64,000 nucleotides of DNA from a virus: positions 14,710 through 78,709 of the IMG/VR virus record IMGVR_UViG_3300032246_001438; one strand, given 5' to 3'. Positions within the stretch are counted from its first letter, which is position 1. Every line of letters begins with the position of its first letter. A model generated the notes under the pieces. The model ran no database searches and was not told the DNA's origin. It saw nothing but the letters and a program-made list of their open reading frames with translations. Positions 57,463-64,000 of this stretch are shown here, piece after piece. The position numbers were made by a program, and so were the translations under genes.

Positions 57463-58311
57463 ATGGCAATCACTCAAAAACCAAGCGGCGCTCTAAAGAA
57501 ACTGGTAGATGTGGGCAAAAAACAATCAAGAGTCTTAGGCTCCGTAGAACGATATGTAATTTCAAAACCTCAAGACCAGAGTCGTAGAACAGATGTTCTA
57601 CACCCTTCTGAAATGGTTAAAAAAGACTGGTGTTATAGAGCCTCTTACTTCCAATTGCAAGGCCGCAACCCAATTCAAAAAAGAACTAGCAGCCTACGTA
57701 TGGAATCTGTCTTTGCTGAAGGCCACTACATCCACGCTAAGTGGCAAAAGTGGTTTCAAGAGATGGGCGTTCTTAATGGTAAGTGGTACTGCATTGAGTG
57801 CGATGAGTACTTTTGGGGTGGCTCTGATTGTCACGATGGACCATTGCAATACAACGAAGTTCCTCTGTTCTATGAACCATTAAGAATTTCAGGTCATGCA
57901 GATGGTTGGCTTACTAGTTTAGGTGACCCTTTAATGTTAGAGGTCAAGTCAATTGGTATTGGAACAATTAGATGGGAAGCTCCAGACCTTGTAAGAGAAC
58001 ACAAAGGAGATATGGAAGCTATGTGGGCAGAGATTAAAGCCCCGTTTATGAATCATATTACTCAGGTTCAAATGTACATGAAGTTAGCAGAGCTTCTTGA
58101 ACTACCAGAGCATCCACAAGAAGCAGTGCTTATCTATGAGAACAAAGCCAACCAAGAGGCTAAAGAATTTGTAGTTCCTAAGAGTGACTTTGCAACAGCT
58201 GGTCTATTTGACGCTGCTGCTATGATTATGGAAGCACTTGATACAAAGACTGCACCAGCTTGCAACGTTGCAAACGGTGGTTGTTCAAAATGTAAGGGGT
58301 ATGATGAGTAA
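57463..58311 (+). CDS. Cas4-like PD-(D/E)XK exonuclease (probably leaderless)
   Basis: LHPSE...WC; ISGHADG; LEVKS; QVQMYM; C-terminal C..CSKC; TAGGTT 6 nt before ATG. Confidence 0.85.
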   Translation: MAITQKPSGALKKLVDVGKKQSRVLGSVERYVISKPQDQSRRTDVLHPSEMVKKDWCYRASYFQLQGRNPIQKRTSSLRMESVFAEGHYIHAKWQKWFQEMGVLNGKWYCIECDEYFWGGSDCHDGPLQYNEVPLFYEPLRISGHADGWLTSLGDPLMLEVKSIGIGTIRWEAPDLVREHKGDMEAMWAEIKAPFMNHITQVQMYMKLAELLELPEHPQEAVLIYENKANQEAKEFVVPKSDFATAGLFDAAAMIMEALDTKTAPACNVANGGCSKCKGYDE

Positions 58312-58798
58312 CATTATTTCTACGGGAATTAGTGGCAGAGTACTAGCGCAACTTCAATCTCAGGGGTTGCCAATTAAAGTTAATTTAAACATTGACTTGC
58401 CTGATTTTCCATCGGATATTACTGAAATAGATGACCAAGAGTTGATGATGATGGCAAGTCGTTATATTGAGAACATTAACTTCCTTCGAACCCAGGTTGC
58501 ATGTGCTGGGTTAGCGGAGCTAGAGGCTGAGAACACCTACGAGACCGCGGTCAATCGGGGTATGCTTTCTAAATCAACTGGTAAAAGTACAGAGAAGCCA
58601 GTCCTTTTACGTGCATTAGTACATGAGGAACCAGAGATTCAAGCCCTTCAAGATGCCAAACAATACGCCCATGCTTACAAGGTTCTTCTAGAAAATAACT
58701 TAGAAAACATTGAGCGTTACTACTCACTTACCAGCCGAGAACTTACCCGTCGTAACTCAGCTGCTCGTAATATTATGAACAATCGGTTTACCCCCTAA
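58301..58798 (+). CDS. Hypothetical helical protein (UvsY-like position)
   Basis: Coiled-coil; ends LTSRELTRR. Confidence 0.6.
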   Translation: MMSNIISTGISGRVLAQLQSQGLPIKVNLNIDLPDFPSDITEIDDQELMMMASRYIENINFLRTQVACAGLAELEAENTYETAVNRGMLSKSTGKSTEKPVLLRALVHEEPEIQALQDAKQYAHAYKVLLENNLENIERYYSLTSRELTRRNSAARNIMNNRFTP

Positions 58799-59353
58799 AT
58801 GAGCTCTGTAAAAAAATTTGATGGAGGTCTAACTTTTGAAAGCAGTAGCCCTGTATACGCTGGCATAGACCAGTCATATAGTGGATTCGCTATAACCCTT
58901 TTTGATAAAGATTCCTCTAAGTATCAAACCACAGTGTATAAATCTGAGAAGCGTGGGATTGAAAGACTTAGTGATATTCAAGCGCACTTAATGGATGCTT
59001 TAGTTGAGTGGGATATTGCTGACGTTGCCATGGAAGGATATGCCTTTGGTTCACAGATGGCTAACATGCTTGGTGAGCTCGGGGGAATGGTAAAGCTAGT
59101 TCTATTAGATTTCGGTATTTACCCTTTGATAGTTCCGCCTACTAACCTAAAGAAATACGTAACTGGTAAAGGTCAAGGTGTCCCAAAGAGCCAAATGCTT
59201 CTTTACGTTTATAAGAAGTGGGATGCAGAATTTACTGACGATAACGCTGCGGATTCGTACGCTTTAGCTAGGTTGGTGTCTGGAACCCATACTTTGGCAT
59301 ATGAAAAAGAGGTGTACGATAAGCTACAGGACCCAAAGTTTAGAGAGAAATAA
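58799..59353 (+). CDS. ruvC: RuvC-like resolvase
   Basis: AGIDQSYSGFA, VAMEGY, LGELGG, PPTNLKKYVTGKG, DDNAADSYAL. Confidence 0.85.
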   Translation: MSSVKKFDGGLTFESSSPVYAGIDQSYSGFAITLFDKDSSKYQTTVYKSEKRGIERLSDIQAHLMDALVEWDIADVAMEGYAFGSQMANMLGELGGMVKLVLLDFGIYPLIVPPTNLKKYVTGKGQGVPKSQMLLYVYKKWDAEFTDDNAADSYALARLVSGTHTLAYEKEVYDKLQDPKFREK

Positions 59354-59354
59354 T

Positions 59355-59525
59355 ATGCCTAAATATGATTTTACATGTGTGCCGTGTGACAGCACTGTCG
59401 AAATGCACTTAGCATTTGATTCTACTGACCGCCCAGCATGCGATAGGTGTGGAAACTTTATGACAAAAGTTTGGACACCACCAGCAGTTCAATTTAAAGG
59501 CGGAGGTTGGGGAGGCCAAGGATGA
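59355..59525 (+). CDS. FmdB-family zinc-ribbon protein
   Basis: MPKYDFTCVPC...CDRCG...M.KVWTPPAVQFKGGGW. Confidence 0.85.
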   Translation: MPKYDFTCVPCDSTVEMHLAFDSTDRPACDRCGNFMTKVWTPPAVQFKGGGWGGQG

Positions 59526-59746
59526 GTAAGAAAAAACAAGAAGATGACCTAAGAGAGTACGGCTACATGACTCCTGGTGAGTTTGTAGACAGTTTAGTCC
59601 CAGGTTTAAAAGAATATTTAAAGCATAACTGGGGTTGTAAACCAGATGAGCTATACCACCCAGAAGATTTGTTTTCTAATGCAGAGATTTATATTGAGGT
59701 AGCAAGACACATAGCGGGGGACTTCATTGTTAGACCTAAGAGATAA
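59522..59746 (+). CDS. Hypothetical protein
   Basis: Coupled ORF with GGAGG RBS. Confidence 0.6.
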   Translation: MSKKKQEDDLREYGYMTPGEFVDSLVPGLKEYLKHNWGCKPDELYHPEDLFSNAEIYIEVARHIAGDFIVRPKR

Positions 59747-59906
59747 AGACCAGCCTTTAGAGGTGTGTATTTGTGGGTCCACTTTGTGGAATGTTAAAGC
59801 CATGTTTGAAGAGGGTGAAATAAGCCTTTATATGCTAGATATGGAATGCCATCTATGTGGCGCCTTAGCTACAGCTCCCACCCCTCCTGACTACAGAACG
59901 GTTTAG
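59727..59906 (+). CDS. Small zinc-ribbon protein (59 aa; not in ORF track)
   Basis: TTG start; MLDLRDKDQPLEVCICGSTLWNVKAMFEEGEISLYMLDMECHLCGALATAPTPPDYRTV. Confidence 0.7.
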   Translation: MLDLRDKDQPLEVCICGSTLWNVKAMFEEGEISLYMLDMECHLCGALATAPTPPDYRTV

Positions 59907-59936
59907 CCTTACACCCTTACTATTCGCCGTCATAAT
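59902..59936 (+). promoter_or_regulatory. Phage promoter motif copy 4 (TTTAGCCTTAC-N18-CATAAT)
   Basis: Same motif and spacing as copies 1-3. Confidence 0.55.
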
Positions 59937-59979
59937 AATTACCACGGGGAACTTCTACTATTCGTAAACCGAGGTACAC

Positions 59980-60261
59980 ATGACCGAGCAAAATAATGAA
60001 GAGCAAATCCTACGCGTAGGAGCAGGCTCTAATCCACAAGCAGTAGCATCTGCTATTGCACACAGCATTTATGAGTCCCGTACTTGTAAAGTTCGCGCCG
60101 TTGGCGCAGGCGCTGTAAACCAAGCAGTAAAAGCCATCGCAATTGCACGTGGTTACACAGCCCCAAGAGGCCTAGACCTTACCTGCATCCCTGGCTTCTC
60201 CAGTATTGAAAGTCATGATGGTCAGATTTCTGCCATCGTCTTTGATATTAAGGCCAGTTAA
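59980..60261 (+). CDS. spoVS: SpoVS-family protein
   Basis: ILRVGAGSNPQAVASAIA...VRAVGAGAVNQAVKAIAIARGY.AP.GLDL.CIPGF closely matches the SpoVS signature. Confidence 0.9.
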   Translation: MTEQNNEEQILRVGAGSNPQAVASAIAHSIYESRTCKVRAVGAGAVNQAVKAIAIARGYTAPRGLDLTCIPGFSSIESHDGQISAIVFDIKAS

Positions 60262-60321
60262 GACACTACAGTCTTTAAATAGGCTCTATCCTTGTAGATA
60301 CCTTCGCGCAAAGGAAACTAA

Positions 60322-60648
60322 ATGAAAAAAGATACAAAGAAAAACCCAGCACCGATTGCTCCGACATCTGCGGAACCATCAAATGCTTCAGGTTCAAAGC
60401 CACGCGTTGCTATGCCTGAAAAGGGCACTCTTGTAAAGAAGAAGAACACCGCAGCTGGCGACCCAACAAAGATGGCTAAGCCATCACGTACTAAAATTAC
60501 TGCTACAAGTGGAGCAAGATACGGTATCCGTGTTAAGTTCCAGAAATCCACAGCTCCAGAAGCTGGCGCCACACAAGGCAATGGACGAATCCTTTCTTCA
60601 GCGGTAAATCGCTCAGCACCCAACTTTAAAGATGGCATGTCTGAGTAG
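60322..60648 (+). CDS. Basic, low-complexity hypothetical protein
   Basis: AAGGA RBS; followed by a terminator. Confidence 0.65.
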   Translation: MKKDTKKNPAPIAPTSAEPSNASGSKPRVAMPEKGTLVKKKNTAAGDPTKMAKPSRTKITATSGARYGIRVKFQKSTAPEAGATQGNGRILSSAVNRSAPNFKDGMSE

Positions 60649-60664
60649 TTACAACTAAATAGCG

Positions 60665-60697
60665 CAAAGCCCCTCCATGCGAGGGGCTTTGGCATTT
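60665..60697 (+). terminator. Stem-loop terminator
   Basis: CAAAGCCCCTC-CATGC-GAGGGGCTTTG. Confidence 0.7.
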
Positions 60698-60787
60698 CGG
60701 GAATATATTTTAAATTAGATTGTTGTATACTTTTACTGACCTGCCAATCGGGGGTCACTTAACTTATATCGTCTAAGGAGATATATT

Positions 60788-61273
60788 ATGGCTTCAGGCT
60801 ATCCAATTCAATGGGAGCACCCCAAAAAACTACCTACAGTCACAACTACAACAATTACAGACCCGTTTCAAATTTTACATAACTTTTTAGACCCATGGAC
60901 TGTGGGGTTTGACCGTCAATTAACTTTATTTAAAGAGTTAGAGGACGTACGCATTAAATCTAATTATCCTCCCTACAACATCAAGACTTTGCCTGATGAT
61001 AAGGCTGAAATTGAGCTTGCAATTGCAGGGTTTAAGAAGGATGATGTAACCATTACCTACAAGGAAAATGTCCTAACCGTTGAAGGAAATAGGGGAGAAG
61101 ATGACGGGGAGTATGCCTACAAAGGCATTGCTGCTCGTAACTTTACCCAGAAGTTTGCTATTGCTGATGACGTTGTTGTTGTTGGCGCTAAGCTTACCGA
61201 TGGCTTCCTTACTATTTCTTTAGAGCGCATTGTTCCTGAGGAAAAGAAGGCTAAAAAAATAACGATTAAATAA
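60788..61273 (+). CDS. Small heat-shock protein (Hsp20/IbpA-like)
   Basis: SNYPPYNI, IELAIAGFKKDDV, YKGIAARNFTQKF, AKLTDGFLTISLERIVPEEKK. Confidence 0.95.
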   Translation: MASGYPIQWEHPKKLPTVTTTTITDPFQILHNFLDPWTVGFDRQLTLFKELEDVRIKSNYPPYNIKTLPDDKAEIELAIAGFKKDDVTITYKENVLTVEGNRGEDDGEYAYKGIAARNFTQKFAIADDVVVVGAKLTDGFLTISLERIVPEEKKAKKITIK

Positions 61274-61298
61274 ATCGACAAAACGCAGTTGCCTAACG

Positions 61299-61335
61299 AC
61301 CCCCGCTGGATGTCCCCCAGCGGGGGTTTTTTATT
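61299..61335 (+). terminator. Rho-independent terminator
   Basis: ACCCCCGCTGG-ATGTCCC-CCAGCGGGGGT-TTTTTATT. Confidence 0.9.
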
Positions 61336-61386
61336 CCATCAAGTTGCAATTCTTGTGATAGGCTTGAGGCGTCGAGAGGAATAACA

Positions 61387-61650
61387 GTGAAATCAATTGA
61401 TGATTTATTAACTGAGTTTTCAAGTAACCCCGTTAATACAAGGCGTAAAGGCTATTGCACAACAGCAAAATGGCTTGATAAACAAGACTCAAAGTTGAAA
61501 GAAAAACTTGTTAATACTCTAAGTGATGAAACACTAGGGCTAGATATAAAAAACTTCATGAAGGCATTGGTAACAAATGGATATGAACTACCAATGAAAG
61601 AGACAGCTTTTCGCGACCATTTCAAAGGACGATGCACATGTCGAAAGTAA
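61387..61650 (+). CDS. Small protein (C...H..G.CxC) preceding the phosphoesterase
   Basis: GAGAGGA RBS; YCTT...RDHFKGRCTC. Confidence 0.7.
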   Translation: MKSIDDLLTEFSSNPVNTRRKGYCTTAKWLDKQDSKLKEKLVNTLSDETLGLDIKNFMKALVTNGYELPMKETAFRDHFKGRCTCRK

Positions 61651-62663
61651 CGATTTCAGAGTTATTAGACCAAGCGCTTGTAGAAGCAAACCCACTAGCT
61701 GTAGGTGATTGGTCTTGGCCTCCAATTCAACCAGCAAAACCTACTATTATTAAGCCAGCAACTTATAAAGAACGCAAAAATAAAAAAGATGGACGATTGA
61801 TTATGTTCGTCCCAGACCCACAGATTGGGTACCGTAAATATGAAGACGGCACCTTAGACCCATTTCACGACGAAACAGCAATTGAGATTCATTTTCAATT
61901 GCTTGCTTATATGGAAGAAAAATATGGCGTGGATGAGATTATCCATTTAGGTGATTATCTAGACCTGCCAACAATGGGCAAGTACGCACAAGAAGAGATG
62001 TTTGCACACACCGTACAGCCAGCACTTGATTACGGTCATAACCTATTAGCTAAACAACGAGCTACATGCCCAACTGCAAAGATTACTTTAATTGAAGGTA
62101 ACCACGATTGTCGTATGCAGAAGTATGTAACAATGAACGCTATGGCTTCTAAAGGAATTAAACGCGCAGGCGCAACCCCAGAAGACTGGCCTGTTATGTC
62201 TATTCCTTACCTACTTCGTTTGGATGACCTTAATGTTGATTATGTAGGCGCATACCCAGCGGGGGAATACTGGATTACCCCACATTTACGCGCTGTACAC
62301 GGAACTACTGTACGTTCTGGCGGTTCTACAGCTTCAGCATATGTAAATAAGAATCCACATGTTTCAACAGTTTTTGGTCACGCACACCGACAGGAAATGC
62401 AATATAAAACTGTTGCTAATGGCGATGGCCCTATACGTTCAGTATCAGCATCACCAGGTTGCTTATGCCGCGTTGACGGTGCAGTTCCTTCTTACGGTTC
62501 AGGATTAACAGACCAAGGTCGTCCAGTCAAGCACTGGGAAGATTGGCAACAAGGAGTCATGATTGGATGGGTAAAATACGACGGCAGTTTTACCCTACAA
62601 CCTATTCATATTATGGATGGGTGGGCTATTTACGAGGGTATTGAGTTTAAAGCGACCGTCTAA
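61638..62663 (+). CDS. Calcineurin-like metallophosphoesterase
   Basis: PDPQ, HLGDYLD, EGNHD, VHG, FGHAHR motifs. Confidence 0.9.
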   Translation: MSKVTISELLDQALVEANPLAVGDWSWPPIQPAKPTIIKPATYKERKNKKDGRLIMFVPDPQIGYRKYEDGTLDPFHDETAIEIHFQLLAYMEEKYGVDEIIHLGDYLDLPTMGKYAQEEMFAHTVQPALDYGHNLLAKQRATCPTAKITLIEGNHDCRMQKYVTMNAMASKGIKRAGATPEDWPVMSIPYLLRLDDLNVDYVGAYPAGEYWITPHLRAVHGTTVRSGGSTASAYVNKNPHVSTVFGHAHRQEMQYKTVANGDGPIRSVSASPGCLCRVDGAVPSYGSGLTDQGRPVKHWEDWQQGVMIGWVKYDGSFTLQPIHIMDGWAIYEGIEFKATV

Positions 62664-62686
62664 TATAAAAGGCGTACCATAGGAGT

Positions 62687-63226
62687 ATGCCTAATTCACA
62701 TCAAAATACGCAAAACCTTGGCGCTGCGGGTATGTCGGGAACCTACACCAACTATGGTGGAGGTGGTACTCCCGTTGCTCGTTCAGAACTTGACTTCTTA
62801 CGTATTGGCGTTGGTCGCACTCCACAAGCAGAATATCCAGATGGTTATTTAGGAACTATTCGTACACGTCGTGATGACCGTGGTCGTCCTAACGGTCAAT
62901 CAGAAAATGTATTAGATAGTTTAAAGATACGTGTTGGTCAGCGCAGTTATCAACGTGGTGTTCACCGCGGGGAGCGCATTGACCAATCTGATTATTATTA
63001 CCCAGCAGGTTTAGAAAATACTCGAGGCATCAAACGACAGATGGCCTCAGTTAAAACAGATAATGGGTATTTAGTAAAAAGAAATGTGGAAGATGCGGCG
63101 TTATTCCCACGTCCACATTTGCCAAATGATGGAAAAGCTGGCCCAACAGTTAGAAGCGATTCCCCAATGTCAATCAACAAAGTACGTGTAGAGCAGATGT
63201 CTCGCATGCGCCCTCAATGGAGATAG
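62687..63226 (+). CDS. Hypothetical protein (probably leaderless)
   Basis: TACCAT 6 nt before ATG; EYPDGYLGTI..RRDDR motif. Confidence 0.7.
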   Translation: MPNSHQNTQNLGAAGMSGTYTNYGGGGTPVARSELDFLRIGVGRTPQAEYPDGYLGTIRTRRDDRGRPNGQSENVLDSLKIRVGQRSYQRGVHRGERIDQSDYYYPAGLENTRGIKRQMASVKTDNGYLVKRNVEDAALFPRPHLPNDGKAGPTVRSDSPMSINKVRVEQMSRMRPQWR

Positions 63227-63228
63227 TT

Positions 63229-63534
63229 ATGGCTATTTATCGTAAAGGCGATGACCAGTTTGAATTAAAACGCAGAGCTTCATTTGAACCACAGGGATTT
63301 AAATACCCAGAAACCGTAAAAGCTGGGTTAGATAATCCTAATGCTAAAGTTTTTGTTCCATTTGGTTCTAATAAAACCCCACGTTTATCAGAAAACTATC
63401 ATGAACCAGCTCATACACAAGAGCCAAATGAAGATGGCGGTTGGGATGATGTTGTTACATCCGCTTCATACTACCCGCACAGAGAGTATCCAGTAAGCGG
63501 CTCAGATATTGCAAAACTAAAGCGAGGTAGATAA
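63229..63534 (+). CDS. Hypothetical protein
   Basis: GGAG RBS; operon ORF. Confidence 0.6.
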   Translation: MAIYRKGDDQFELKRRASFEPQGFKYPETVKAGLDNPNAKVFVPFGSNKTPRLSENYHEPAHTQEPNEDGGWDDVVTSASYYPHREYPVSGSDIAKLKRGR

Positions 63535-63699
63535 ATGCCACTTTACAAAGTAAGCTGCCCAGCATGCGGCGACCATAACTTTCACACTGCAAATGATGAC
63601 AACCACTCACTAGAGGTTCACGACACTGCAAGAGCTTCTAGACATAAAGAGTTTGAAGAACACGTTGCTAAATACAAGGGTACAGAGAAAAAAGACTAA
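63535..63699 (+). CDS. Small His-rich CxxC protein (54 aa)
   Basis: MPLYKVSCPACGDHNFHTANDDNHSLEVHDTARASRHKEFEEHVAKYKGTEKKD; GAGG RBS. Confidence 0.6.
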   Translation: MPLYKVSCPACGDHNFHTANDDNHSLEVHDTARASRHKEFEEHVAKYKGTEKKD

Positions 63700-64000
63700 T
63701 GCCAGGAAAACAAGCAGACGGAGTTTATAACCGTAGACCGTGGAACCCTAATCCAGTTGAGGCCGCAATGCCTCCACAGGAATATATTGGGCCGTTTCAA
63801 AGCAATCAAGAGCGTCTCATAAGCCAATCTTTAGCTACTTGGAATATGACTAGCGAAGAGATTCAAGAGTATGTTCGCCCCAACCTTCCTCAGGTTAGGT
63901 TATTTCCAGATAGATACGGTTTCGTATCTGAAGAGATAGGTATTCAAGATATAATTGAGCTACCTGGTCGCAATGAACAGCGTGTAGAGTCTGACTTTAG
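63699..64000 (+). CDS. Hypothetical protein, 3'-truncated
   Basis: TAATG-coupled start MPGKQADGVYNRRPW...; frame open to the window end. Confidence 0.65.
   Translation, partial: MPGKQADGVYNRRPWNPNPVEAAMPPQEYIGPFQSNQERLISQSLATWNMTSEEIQEYVRPNLPQVRLFPDRYGFVSEEIGIQDIIELPGRNEQRVESDF

Noticed and set aside
57463-58311. CRISPR-Cas system from the Cas4-like gene
   Set aside because: Stand-alone Cas4-like nucleases are common in phage recombination modules; no other cas genes or array present
1-64000. Alternative genetic code (stop-codon reassignment)
   Set aside because: Core genes are intact in the standard code, TAA/TAG/TGA all act as stops and no suppressor tRNA is present

Overview
A 64-kb segment of a large, low-GC (roughly 40% by eye), apparently lytic myovirus (contractile tail). 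Its host is most likely a low-GC Actinobacterium such as a freshwater acI/Nanopelagicales-type cell; this is inferred from two WhiB genes, an actinophage-type lytic transglycosylase and ribbon-helix-helix protein, and several leaderless genes. Almost all genes lie on the + strand. Gene order: accessory or fibre cassette (FN3/Cys-rich protein, small partners, 2OG-Fe(II) oxygenase, PASTA-like protein); a divergent SLT/WhiB pair; holin-like genes; terminase, portal, scaffold and major capsid; collagen-like and Gly-rich fibre genes; a GT2-TPR glycosyltransferase; four tiny Lys-rich ORFs; sheath, tube, chaperone, tape measure and baseplate; a replication module (initiator, DnaC-like loader, DnaB, DnaG, dNMP kinase, SNF2 helicase); three tRNAs (Asn, Gly, Gln); SSB, PolA, RecA, resolvases, a Cas4-like nuclease; SpoVS, Hsp20 and a metallophosphoesterase. 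Most notable signals: (1) a start-less ORF in the +1 frame after the tail chaperone, reached through a UUU_CGU site, i.e. a candidate +1 programmed frameshift; (2) a candidate virion-modification system of Thr-rich collagen plus GT2-TPR plus a prolyl-hydroxylase-like oxygenase; (3) a baseplate spike whose His-rich segment is inserted inside the OB fold; (4) nested 'Russian-doll' domain insertions across virion proteins; (5) a conserved non-canonical promoter TTT(A/C)(G/A)CCT(G/T)AC-N18-NANA(A/C)T; (6) four translationally coupled Lys-rich micro-ORFs missed by the ORF track; (7) hairpins with C-rich, anti-RBS loops. All family calls come from motif recognition by eye; no database searches were run.
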